From: the human T2T-CHM13v2.0 reference genome, Homo sapiens | Direction: 5' to 3' (one strand) | Assembly (NCBI RefSeq): GCF_009914755.1 | Contig: NC_060936.1 | DNA length: 64,000 bases | Shown here: piece after piece, positions 13,521 through 24,914 of the stretch | Layout: the number at the start of each line of letters is the position of its first letter | How positions within the stretch are numbered: position 1 is the stretch's first letter | Translations under genes and position numbers: made by a program | The notes under the pieces: generated by a model | What the model was told of the DNA's origin: nothing | Database searches by the model: none | The model's input: the letters and a program-made list of their open reading frames with translations, nothing else

Positions 13521-13873
13521 TGCCTATCAATTTTCCCTGGTGTCTTTGTTGCACGGTTACTATAAGTTGGATGGTAGTCCAGATTTAAAATGTTAGCCAA
13601 TTTTTTGCTCAATTCTTGCACAAGGGTTTCAGCTAGTTTTGGAACAAAATCAGGCAAAAAAATTATGACTGGGTCAAGCCAGCTGCACCTTTTACAACCA
13701 AATAGAAGGCTCACCACAACCCACAGATACCCACCTAACTACCTACTATTAGAGACTCATGATCTGATAGGCAGGGACAATGCCTGTGACCAGCAGGAAG
13801 TAGCTACACAAGGCTGGTCTTCAGCCCTTCCACCTTCCATGAAGATTTATGAGAATCACACCTCTCAGGGAAG

Positions 13874-14289
13874 TGAGGCTGAATAGGGAATTAGGATAAC
13901 CAAAGGTTAAAGCATGAGCAATAGCAAGTGAAGCCAGTTCTAAGGCAGGATTAGGAGCATACAGGCCACATCCTCACTTCTGTGACAAATTTCCACTTCA
14001 GCATCTAATTGGTCACGGGCCAGTCCTTCATTATATTATAACCAACTGGAGGCCCCTAAAAGGCCACCTAAGAGTGTTACCAAGTTCTTTCACCTTAGTA
14101 CAAAGTCTAAGGAACATTGTAATCAGAGCTCTCGAGCCACTTTCTCGAGCTGGCTCCCACTCTGGACAGCACTTTCATTTCAGTGGATCTGCACACTTTC
14201 ATTGCTTCGTTTATGTTTCTTTGCATGTTGTTCAATTTTGTTCAATGCACCAAGAACCTGGAAAACAGGCAAGACTTCATCTGGCAACA
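13874..14289 (+). repeat. 3' LTR
   Basis: tgaggctgaatagggaattaggataaccaaaggttaa...catctggcaaca; preceded by purine tract 'agggaag'. Confidence 0.9.
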
Positions 14290-14689
14290 GATTGAGTGGC
14301 TCCAGCTCATGTACCTTGGGTGGACAGTTCTACAATGCATCTGTGTACTTCCTGCATGACCCCAGTGGAAAGCCTCAGCTGTTTACAGAAAAAACTTTAG
14401 GAGTACACCCTTCTTGGTCTAGCCACTTATGCCACCAAGATCACCTGCTTAATAAGCTACCTGTCTCCCCACCCTGGACCTCGTTATCAGGCTCTAAATT
14501 TCAAGTGAGCCCAAGACAGCTCAGTGGGGTTTATGCAGAGATGACAGGACTTACAGAAGCCAGAATCCCAGACCAAGTGGAGTACAACTTTGCATTGTGG
14601 GAATGCTGCTTGTAACTTGGGAGGGCACAGGTGACCTCATTTTATGAGATGTAATTAGTATCCAAAGAACATCTTGTGGTGATGAACAG

Positions 14690-15103
14690 TGTGATACTTA
14701 ATACTGAGTGTCAACTTGATTGAAGGATATAAAATATTAATCCTGGGTGTGCCTGTGTGGGTGCTGCCAAGAGAGATTAACATTTGAGTCAGTGGGCTGG
14801 GGAAGGTAGATCCACTCTTAATCTGGTGGGCATTATCTAATCAGCTGCCAGGCAAATATAAAACACGCAGAAAAACATGAGAAAGTGAGACTGGCCCAGC
14901 CTCCCAGCCTACATCTTTCTCCCGTGCTGGATGCTTCCTGCCCTTGAATATCCAACTCCAAATTCTTCAGTTGAGACTCGGACTGGCTGTCCTTGCTCCT
15001 CAAAGCTTGCAGACAGCCTATTGTGGGACCTTGTGATTGTGTAAGTTAATACTTCATAAACTCCCATCGTATTAGTTCTGTCCCTCTAGAGAACCTTAAT
15101 ACA
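14690..15103 (+). mobile_element. MLT2A-type (HERV-L) solo LTR
   Basis: 'tgtgatacttaatactgagtgtcaacttgattgaagga...gagattaacatttgagtcagtgggctgggg...tattagttctgtccctctagagaacc..taataca'. Confidence 0.9.
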
Positions 15104-15274
15104 AAGAAGCACATCTACTATTTAACAGGTTGTGTTGTCCCAGAGAAACGATTGAGGTGGTATGGCATTAAAACTGGGGAGAGAAGTTCAAGATTAGGGC
15201 AGTCAGAAAGTCACACACCTGCTGTGCCAGACAGTTCTGGGGGTATGTTAGTGAAAATGAGACTCAGCCCGTAG

Positions 15275-15550
15275 TACACATGGACTGAGGAAGTTAGACC
15301 CTGGGGACCATCTAAGGATGGCAGAGTGAGGGTTGAAAGTTATTTACCAGGTACAGTGTTTATTTGGGTGATGTGTACAACTAGAAAGTCCAGACCTCAC
15401 AATCATGCAGTATTTCCATGTAATTAAACCATGTCATCACAGATGTTGCTGTGACACCCCAACTTAGTTACAGGACTTATCCTCTCAGCCAGGTATGCTT
15501 TCTGCTGCACCTTTTACAACCAAATAACCTGTACCCAATGAGTTAAATAA
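15275..15550 (+). mobile_element. 5'-truncated old L1 3' end (L1PB/L1PA15-16/L1MA-like) carrying an internal foreign insert
   Basis: L1 3'UTR motifs 'gggttgaaa', 'ggtacagtgtt..tatttgggtgat', 'ccatgtaa..aaacc', 'cctgtaccc'; 16-bp TSD gagactcagccc(g/a)tag at 15259-15274 and 15551-15566. Confidence 0.8.
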
Positions 15551-16167
15551 GAGACTCAGCCCATAGAAATACATTTTTCTTCAATCATGGAAAAAATGAC
15601 TTTAGGTGATCATGTAGTGTCTAGTATCACTCAGAATAAGCCCACTTTTATAATTGGAGCAAGTGTTAGGACAGTAGTTACCCGCCTTTGCCTCAGCTTT
15701 TGTAAGGGCTATGATTTCCCTTTAGAAGACTCGTTCATTTTTGCAGAGGAGGTTGTCAGCAGCAGCTCATGCCTCATGTCCACCACGCACATAGGGTGTG
15801 CCAGCCACCTGACCCTCCCTGCAGCCCTGGTGGGAGAAGTATACCTTCTTATTCTTAACCCAAACCTACCAGGACTCCCAGGGACTAACTCAGCCTCATT
15901 TGCCTGAGAGTTTACACTAAGGGCTTGTCCACACCCTTCTTGCATCTCACATTTTAGCACTTCAGCATCATTAACTAAGCCTTCAAGAGCCACAATTAAA
16001 GTAGAGTGTTTTCACCGGAAGATGACCAGTTGAGGTGTGGCAGGTGCTCAACTAGGAACACCCCACAGGGGAAAGCAGTGAGCTAAATACTAAGAGGAGA
16101 AAACATACCGGCTGAGAGGATAAGTCTTGTAGGTAAGTTGGGGTGTCACAGCAACATCTGATGACAT
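15431..16167. repeat. Inverted repeat, arms 15431-15503 and 16098-16167
   Basis: atgtcatcacagatgttgctgtgacaccccaacttagttacaggacttatcctctcagccaggtatgctttct is the near-exact reverse complement of agaaaacataccggctgagaggataagtcttgtaggtaagttggggtgtcacagcaacatctgatgacat. Confidence 0.95.
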
Positions 16168-17230
16168 CCATATGCTCATGACAAGTCTTTTTTAAACAAA
16201 AATTCAACTCAGAGGGTATAACTTAGCATTTTGGCCAGAGATGTGTAGAGAACAGCAGGAGCCCAGAAGGTGCTTGAGCAGGGTTAATGCCACCTGAAGA
16301 TGTTAAGCCAGCTCATCAATGCCTCCTTTCATCTGAAAATGTCTAGCACAAACGAGACGCCTCCCAACAGCAGCTGGTACTTTGAGCATAAATTGAGCCC
16401 AACACTTGACATCGAGAAAGCCCAGTGCTAGAGGCGAGTCTACTCCCAGGTGCTTGAACAGAGCTAATCACAGCACGAGGGCTTAAGACAAGGCTTCTTG
16501 GAGGACTACCACATGGAATAAGTATACCGGTCCCACTGAGCGTCCCCAAGCCCATTCTCTTTAGGCTCCCACTTGGCACAAGCTGTCATGGACTTCACAT
16601 AGCATTAAGAGCTTATGAAGTTTTAGCTCTTTGAAGAGCTAGGACACACCAGGCACCCCCACCCCCAACCTTCTATTCCATAAGGAGCTGAGTTCAAGAG
16701 AAAGCCAAAATTCGAGAAGCAGCAACCATAGGGATGCTTGGGACCCAGCCGAGGTCCCCTGCCAGCAGCCAACACTTACAGAGAAGCTAGCTCTACTTGT
16801 CCAGGCCTGGAGGATACGATAGCCACCTTCTGGTTTTAGGCTCAGCCTTTCTGAAAGTAATCTCCCCACCTAGGTTGCCCTGTTGTGGGAGCTTTCTTTA
16901 AACTCATCTCTAATGCAGAGCTTTGACCAGCTGAACAGCAGAGTCTTAATGAGAGAACTCCATAGATACAACACCTCCCACATCAGCGGTAAGGTAGAAG
17001 CACGACAGGTTAAGCAACTTGCAAGGTCCACAGGAAGTGGCAGGGCTGAGATTCCAGCTCAGACAGCCTGGCCACTTCGCTCCATGTTACAACTTGGTTC
17101 AGTGGGGTTTCAGTTATGCCTAAGGCTCCCCACTTTTGGCTGCTTCTATGGTCAGCACCAACTTGCTGTAGGCTTAAGAGTAACTTGGAAGAAACTGAAA
17201 GATACCTATAGAACCGGGGCAGTTGGCAGC

Positions 17231-17248
17231 GGGTGGGTGGGTGGGGGG
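17231..17248 (+). other. G-quadruplex motif (GGGT)3GGGGGG
   Basis: Four G3+ runs separated by single-T loops. Confidence 0.7.
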
Positions 17249-18149
17249 AGCATTGCAGCAGCCCCTAGAACCCCTTTCCTCAAGAGGTTCAGGTTAAACC
17301 CATTCCAGGATCTGCTCACAGCTGCAACTAGAGTTCTTGTCCATTTCCTCCCACCCTTCAGCAGGGGGAGTTTTCAGAGCCCAGCATCCTTGCAAGGTAA
17401 TTCTGCAACCAGCAGAGTTTTACACTGCCGGAGCAAGGTAAGCCTTATTCCATAGAGGGAGGGGAGTTAGGAGAATGGAGGATTCCGTAGGACCACAGTA
17501 CATCCCTGTTAGTTTAGCAGACCTCATTCTTAGCCTTGTGGGGTACCCCTACATGGAGCCCACAGGCAGATAAGGGCACAGAGCCCTACCGTGGGTCAGG
17601 ACCTTCTGGAGAAGGCTCACGAGAGGTAGAGAAGTAGCTTCTTGCTTTTTGAGAGTTTCAAGGAAGAGGTTCCTAGGCAGAAAGCTACATTTCTCCTTTC
17701 TCCCCTCTTTAGTTCTCAGCTTACAGGGGTGCTGGAGTCTAATGAAGCCTTTGTTCAGAAAGGCAGGTCTCCCTCACAGTTCTAAGCCTCCTGAGTTTGC
17801 ATTCAAACCACCCTATCTCTAACTCAAAGCAACTTCAATATTGCTTTTTATCCCTTCATCGAAATTAGAAAGGGTCGAGACTACTTCTGGATTTTCCTAA
17901 ATACTAGAAAAACCAAGAGAAAGCTGAATAAGTCTCCCCCCACCCCCAACAAAAGGTAGTCTTGGTTTAGAAGAGAGCGAAAAAATACACCTCTGTCGTT
18001 CAGGCTCAAGAGTAAAGATGACAGCAGAGGCAGGAGAAGGTCTTTTGAACTCTCCCCTTGGTGCTATCAGCACTGCTCATTGGCTAGCTGGATGCGCCCT
18101 CCCTAATGCCTTTCACCTGGGCACCAGGCACAGGTCCTGGAAGTATTTA

Positions 18150-18512
<363 letters not shown>

Positions 18513-18959
18513 TTAGTGTAATGAAGGATGCTGTCTTTTACTCTCAAATGTGTCCCATTTTGACAATAAGTGGCCCTATTTACAAAGAAAGATGTGTGTC
18601 CTTCTATATCCATCCTGAGCCTTGCAGAAAATCTCCCCCACCAAATCAGGATCAAGGACAAAACCAGGCGCAGATGGGAGAAGGAGGTGTTAAGAGAGCA
18701 TCACTGAGATTTCTCTGGCCTCTGTAAATAAGCCACAGTTGTGGACTTGGTTTCCCAAGGCCTAGCCATAACTCTCCCCAACAAAATCAGCTTCCTTCTT
18801 ACCCTCTGGTCTCTTTCTTCCTACCCCTCCCCCACAGTCACCCTCTAGCCACCTCAATGCTGTTCTGTTCTTTTAACTTAGGATATCCTCTTGACAGCTA
18901 GATGTGGGGTTTTCATTCTGTGGTTTTATTTAAATCCTTATTAAACTGTTAGCGCTTTA

Positions 18960-19160
18960 ATCTGTACTACCCCGAGTCAAATTCCAGCTCTGCCCTGACT
19001 AGCTGTAAACTCTGGATCAGTTAGTTTGCTTTTCTTCACCTCTGTTTCTCCATCTGAATATGGGGTAATCCTCATAAATTGGGGACATTATGAGGATGAA
19101 ACAAGTTGATATTTGTAAATCTTTAGAACAGTGCTTGGAATATAAGTGCTGTAAAAGTGT
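18960..19160 (+). mobile_element. MIR
   Basis: 'aattccagctctgcc...ctagctgt...cctctgtttctccatctg...tttagaacagtgc'. Confidence 0.7.
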
Positions 19161-19301
19161 CTTCGTTGCAAGTAAGAGGATGGAGAAGAGGAACAGAATT
19201 GATATCTAAGTTCCTTCTGTGAGCTGGCTCATTATATCATGATGAACTTTAATTCACTTCAGGTATGCGGCGTGAAGGAATTACTGTTATCCGCATTCTC
19301 A

Positions 19302-19622
<321 letters not shown>

Positions 19623-20094
19623 TTAGAGGTTAGGGTATATGCACAAGATCACCCAACCAGAAAGTGGCAGGTGTGGCTTTAAACTTGAGTTTGACCGTTT
19701 CCAAAATCTCAAATATATTGAGCACATATTATGTTTATCCTAAACTTAAGATTCTCAAATTGCAAGGGCACCTCCTATTTCTGGCACGTGGGAATTTGCT
19801 GAAGTACAAGTTTCCACTATTTATAACTCTCCCGATTGTGTGTACTTTGATCACAATGCCTCTTTGGACATCCTATTTCTAGACTGAAGAGGCAGTGTGA
19901 TATGCTTGATGAGCCTCCTGTGTATGCACCCTTCTTGAGGGTTGCTTTGGATCCTTAGAAGCATGCAGGGCAGAAAACCATCAAGAGTGAGCGTTTGATT
20001 GCTCTGATTGTTAATAATAAGGAAATGTAACCGGTCTTAGGGAAATAGAAAGTCTAGCTGGATACACAATGATTATAAGAAGGGAGCTGCTACA

Positions 20095-20240
20095 ACATCA
20101 GCTTTCTGGAGGCAAGGATTTGAGGATTTTTGTCTGTTTCTTTCACAGCTGTGTCTCTGGCGCCCAGAACAGTGCCTGACACATAGTAGGTGCTCAGTAA
20201 ATACATTGTCTTAGTAAATGTAAATGAATGCATGACTGAA
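20095..20240 (+). mobile_element. L2 3' end
   Basis: 'cccagaacagtgcctgacacatagtaggtgctcagtaaat...aatgaatg'. Confidence 0.8.
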
Positions 20241-20439
20241 CAAATGAGCAGAATGAAGGAAACAGTGTAACAGAATGGATTACAAGATAAGCTTTGACAC
20301 AAGAGATGTGGATTCAAACTGGAGCTCCATTCCACTTTGTTCAGGACCATCCCAAGTTTAGCCCCAAAGTCTTGCATCCCAGGAAAACCTTCAGTCTGGG
20401 TAAAATCAAACAGTTGATCACCCTAGCCATTAGTCAAGG

Positions 20440-20620
20440 GATGCACAATCTTGTGCAAGTCCCTCAACTTCTCTCAGCCTCAGTTGTGTCACCTGTACAT
20501 GGGGATAACAATATTATCTACCTCATAGGGTTATTGTGAGGATTAAATGAGATAATACGCATTGAGTACTTACTACGGCATTTAGCACATAGTAAGTATC
20601 ATTGGTGGTAGCTATTGCTG
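20440..20620 (+). mobile_element. MIR
   Basis: 'gcctcagttgtgtcacctgtacatgggg...cctcatagggttattgtgaggattaaatgagataa'. Confidence 0.85.
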
Positions 20621-21759
20621 TTACCAATACTTCTATTGGCTCCTGGGTCTTGAAAATGCATCCCACTTCCTAATATATGCTGCTGACCTTGCTTAAATTA
20701 AGATCCTTGGTTTCATGGCAGAGGGGGAAAGTGAGCCACACAAGAGCCAAAAACATCAGGAAAGGTGTATCTTGGACATTTTCCCCTGCAGAGAAGTGGT
20801 CTCACCCCTCCTCGCCCTAGGCAGCTTTTTTAGCAATCATATCTGGTTGTTCCGTGCTGATTTCCAACAGATGTTCCTCTAATGAACCACACTGTAATCT
20901 CAGGGCCTTAATATAGTGCCGTGGTGTGATAAGTTCGAAATGGCTGTCATCATTGCCCGCGGGGATGGTCTGGTCATTGTTTGGGACTGTCTTCCTCTAA
21001 TTGTTATGTGAAGGAGAATTTATTTTCTTCCATCATCTCTTTGCCCCATACACCCTCTCCACCACCCTGGGCCCCAGTTCCTGTTCAAATTAAATGTCTG
21101 CGTCAGAACCTCCTAGAAAGTGCTCAGTGCACTGTGATGAGGGAGATGACAGAGGGAGGAGACTGGGAGAGAGTGGTGGTTCAATCTCGGCCTGGAATCG
21201 ATATTTCCAGGCAAAAAAAAAAAAAAAAACCATGCAGATTCTGACTCTGGGGCTAGAAACGAGCTCCTGGGGGATGAGAGGCAGATGTTCCCCGAGCAGG
21301 AGGTATGCGGAGTCGAGGACAGGAGGGAGCGGGTGTAATGTAGCCTGAGGCTCAGCAGGGAGCATTCATTTACAAATGCTCTGGAGGCTCAGGACCTTCT
21401 GCATGAGCGGGAGGGGGGAAGCCAGGGATGGGAAGATGTTTCCAGCCTCTGTCTTGTTCATCTGAATGACCTCAGAGCCCCAGCTGGGGCTCAGGATGAA
21501 TGGGAGCTCTCATCAGTCTGATCAGATCAACAAGCCTTACTGAAGGTTTTCTCTGTGCCCGGCACTAGATGCAGCAGGTTAAGTAAAACAGAGCCTGCGA
21601 TGAGGATATAGCCGCAAACAGCTCATTGAGAGAGGGCCAGCACCTCTAGCCTGGCTGGGTCTGTTTGCTATGTGGGACTACATCAACCAACAACAGGAGG
21701 CTGGATGGTATTTCTCAGAATACCTGATTTTTGCCTTGAATTACGATAATAATATCAAT

Positions 21760-22000
21760 AAATAGCAGCACACATTCCTGAGTTCTTACCAAGACTCGGG
21801 CACTGGGGTGTGTTCCATGTACATTTCTCCATTTAATTGTCACAATAACTTCATGAGGTGGATGTTTTCACCCCCACTTGGTAGGTAACTAAGGCCCAGA
21901 CAAGTTAACATCACTTGACTAAGGTCTCACGGCCAGTGAGAGGCAGAGGCAGGATTTGAACTTGGAGCCCTCTGACTCCAAAACCTAATTTTAACCACCC
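21760..22000 (-). mobile_element. MIR
   Basis: 'cacaataacttcatgagg...aaggcccaga...cttgactaaggtc...ggatttgaac'. Confidence 0.8.
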
Positions 22001-22470
22001 TACTAAAGTATAAATCCAAATTATGGCAATTTAAAAATTTCCAGTTGTTAGGATAATAGAAAAAAAATTTATTTCTTTATAATACACTCAAAGAAAATCT
22101 GTTTAGTTCCATGTTTAATAAGAGAATGGGGCTGGGTTTTTCATCATGTAATAATCAGAACAACATAAAAAATTCAAAGAATCTGTTGCATACAGATTTC
22201 TCATTTTATAGGAATTAACCTCTGATGCTCTTTCTCCCTACAATAAGCTCTTCAATCCTCTGATATTCACTTGGGGGAAATTTCATCCATATAGAATTCA
22301 CGCTGCACAGCAACCACCCCTGTAGAAAAGACCTTGAAATTATCCCTGTATGGAAATATCATTGCTATCCATGATATTTGAAAATAATGGAAGAAAAGTA
22401 AAAAACCAAATGCAGCAATAAGGAGAGAGAGCATAAATAACCCTCTTCTTGCATCCTCAATGAATTAGAC

Positions 22471-22662
22471 CAGGGGCCAGCAATCTTTTTTCCACAAAGG
22501 ACCAGGTAGTAAATATTTCAGGCTTGGCAGCCTATATAGTCTCTCTTGCAACTTTTCAACTCTGCTGCTGTGTGAATGCAGCCATAGATGCTATGTAAAC
22601 AAATTCCCCAGCTGTGTTCCAATTAAACTTTATTTGCAAAAGCAGGCAGTAGGCCTTGAATT
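22471..22662. mobile_element. MER58A-like hAT DNA transposon
   Basis: 'caggggccagcaa...aaaggaccaggtagtaaatatttcaggctt...aactctgc...gcagccataga...aaactttatttgcaaaagcaggc'. Confidence 0.8.
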
Positions 22663-23399
22663 AGTAGGTAACATACAGCTGGGAGGACTTACACCCGGTG
22701 ACCTTACCCTGTAATGTGATGGTAAGATTTTTCCAAATGGAAGCAAAATATCAAAATAAATAATCCTAATAAATAGCATTAATTGAAAGCTTTTAAAGGT
22801 CAGGTTCTTTCTCTGTGTTATCTCATTGAACATTCTCCCAAATTTTATGATATAACTACTACCACTGTCATCTCCATCTCCAGAACAGGAAGCCCGCATA
22901 AGAAGAACTCACTTACTCCTGGCTGAATGAATATATTTCCATTTTAGGGAGGGGAAAACAGATGCTCAGAATGTTGAGTCATTTGTCCCAAGTTATTGAG
23001 CACATAATAAGTGTTCAGTAAATGTTAGTTCCAAGACTAAGTTGGAATTTGAAGTCACACAGTCTGACTCCAGAACCCACCTTATCCCTTTAATGTGGAG
23101 AGCTGGGACCTTTGCTTCCCAGATGCTGGTTCACCAACCCTACTTCGAGAAAGGCTCCCCTTTTTCCTCACTGCAAACCCTCAGCACTTAGCTTTCCCAA
23201 GCTTTCCTGATTTCCTCTTCCTCCATGAGTCTCAGCATTATCTAAAGCATCAGTCACCCCTGGCCCTTCAGAACCCCATCCTCGTGTGATCTAGGAATGT
23301 TTCCAAGGGGAGAGGAGAAAGAAGAGGAACTTGTGGGGCTGAAAAGGCCAGAGGACAGGGCTGGGGGTCAGATGAGGACAGTGTCAGGTAGGAGTCAAC

Positions 23400-23600
23400 C
23401 TCTCTAACTCTGGGGTCAAATCCCAGCTCTATCACCTTCTAGCTGTGGTTAGGCACATTGTTTAGTCCCTCTGGGCCTTGGTCTGCTTATCTATAAAATG
23501 GGACAATAATAGTGCCTCCCACCCAGATAGAACATAATTAGAAAATCAAATGCAGAGATGAGTCCAGCAACTGGCACATCATACGGGCTCAATAAATGTC
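23400..23600 (+). mobile_element. MIR
   Basis: 'caaatcccagctctatcac...ctctgggcctt...atctataaaatggg'. Confidence 0.75.
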
Positions 23601-23746
23601 TTGGGTGACTTGATCGTGAAGCCATATTGTGTTTTGCGGGAAAGCAAGTAGACCTTTGTGGTTCAGATATGGGGTTTGTGTTGGGGATAGTGGGGCAATA
23701 AGTGCAGAAGGGTTAAGGTGGAGCTAAACTATAGGCAGTTATAAAG

Positions 23747-23905
23747 CAGTGGTGCTGAGACATTAATGTCATCAGCATCACCCAGGTACTTATTAAAATG
23801 CAGATCCCCAGGCCTTCCCACATGTTCTATTTGGTAGATTTGAATTGGGGCCCCAGAATCTGCATTTTTCAACAAGTATCCTAGTGATTCCAATGCACGG
23901 GGAAG
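23747..23905. mobile_element. MER5-family hAT element
   Basis: 'cagcatcaccc...ttattaaaatgcagatccccaggcc...ggggccccagaatctgcatttt'. Confidence 0.75.
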
Positions 23906-24623
23906 TCTTCTATGTCCACAGAATGCAACGTGGATATTAAGCTAGGACATCTGGATTTCCCCGTGTTAAGCAGGTGGGGCACTGAAGGGTTGTCGTCAGG
24001 GAATAATCCAGGATACACACCATTTTAGGATGATGAGTCTGGCAGAGGTGTGAAGATGGATTAAAGAGGAGAGAGGATAATTAAGAGGCTCTTATAATAG
24101 TCCAGGCGTGAATCACTAGTTTTAATATCTCCCTGTTAGGTGTTTTAACTGTTGTGAGATAGTCTGTGGGCACCAGTCTGGGGACCTGATGCCACTAGGG
24201 CAGACAGGGGACCATGAGTATCTTCTTTCACAATCCCTCTTCCCCATTCTTGAACATTTTTCATTGACATTAATAGTGGCAACAGTGACCATTCATTAAA
24301 TATTCTGTCTGTATTTGGTCCCAAACACATTGTGTGTATCATCTTTTTTAATGCTGTGAGCAGCCCTGTAAGATTATCCTTCTAAGAAGCTCAGAGAGGT
24401 GAAGTCACTTGCCCAAAGTCACACAAATGAGAAGACACAGGGGTAGGGGTTGAATCTAGTGCCTTCTGAACTCAAAGATTGTAAGCCTTACTGCCTTCCC
24501 AGAGATGTCTACCAATCCAGATCCTACTCATCCTCTAAGGCAAACTGCCTGATGATTCCTGAGTTTTTCGTTTATCTCTCTTCTTACTCATGGAATCACC
24601 CAAGGTGGGTGTTCCTAGGTGAC

Positions 24624-24669
24624 AGTGACTACTACTCCACATAGTGACTCCTACTCCACATAGTGACTC
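24624..24669. repeat. 19-bp tandem duplication (about 2.4 copies)
   Basis: agtgactactactccacat agtgactcctactccacat agtgactc. Confidence 0.9.
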
Positions 24670-24914
24670 AGGGACCCAGGGTCTTTCTGTTTTGTTGCTT
24701 TGCTTTCCTTTTATTTATTTATTTACTTTGTGGGGAGGTTATTTTTTCTTTTTCTTGGACCTTGCAGGGATGAAAATTTTGTCTCTTTATTTAATTGAAA
24801 GACCAGGCAGAAGAGGACTAAAGGAGGTGAAAAGCTGTACTTTCTTCTTAAAAGCCTTGTCCAGTGATTTGCACTCACATTCCATTGGCTAGAAATTGGC
24901 CTTCAGATGAGACC

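Larger units (their letters stand above)
9046..14289 (+). mobile_element. Defective class I (gamma-like, MER4/HERV-W/ERV9 group) provirus with both LTRs; MER61/MER83-like LTR (family name uncertain)
   Basis: Two homologous ~400 bp direct repeats starting TGAGGC; PBS after the 5' LTR; purine tract before the 3' LTR; gag/pro/pol relics in order; near 4-bp TSD gaat (9042-9045) / gatt (14290-14293). Confidence 0.93.

Noticed and set aside
13520-13886. Possible env or syncytin-like gene (ORF 13590-13886)
   Set aside because: Only ~350 bp lies between integrase and the 3' LTR, and I see no furin site, immunosuppressive domain or CX6CC motif.
16883-17455. 190-aa ORF
   Set aside because: Non-ATG start, overlaps a degraded MIR-like segment, and shows no recognisable protein similarity or exon structure.
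24624-24669. Short tandem duplications (also 40675-40727)
   Set aside because: Ordinary slippage-type duplications; listed as features with no evidence of function.
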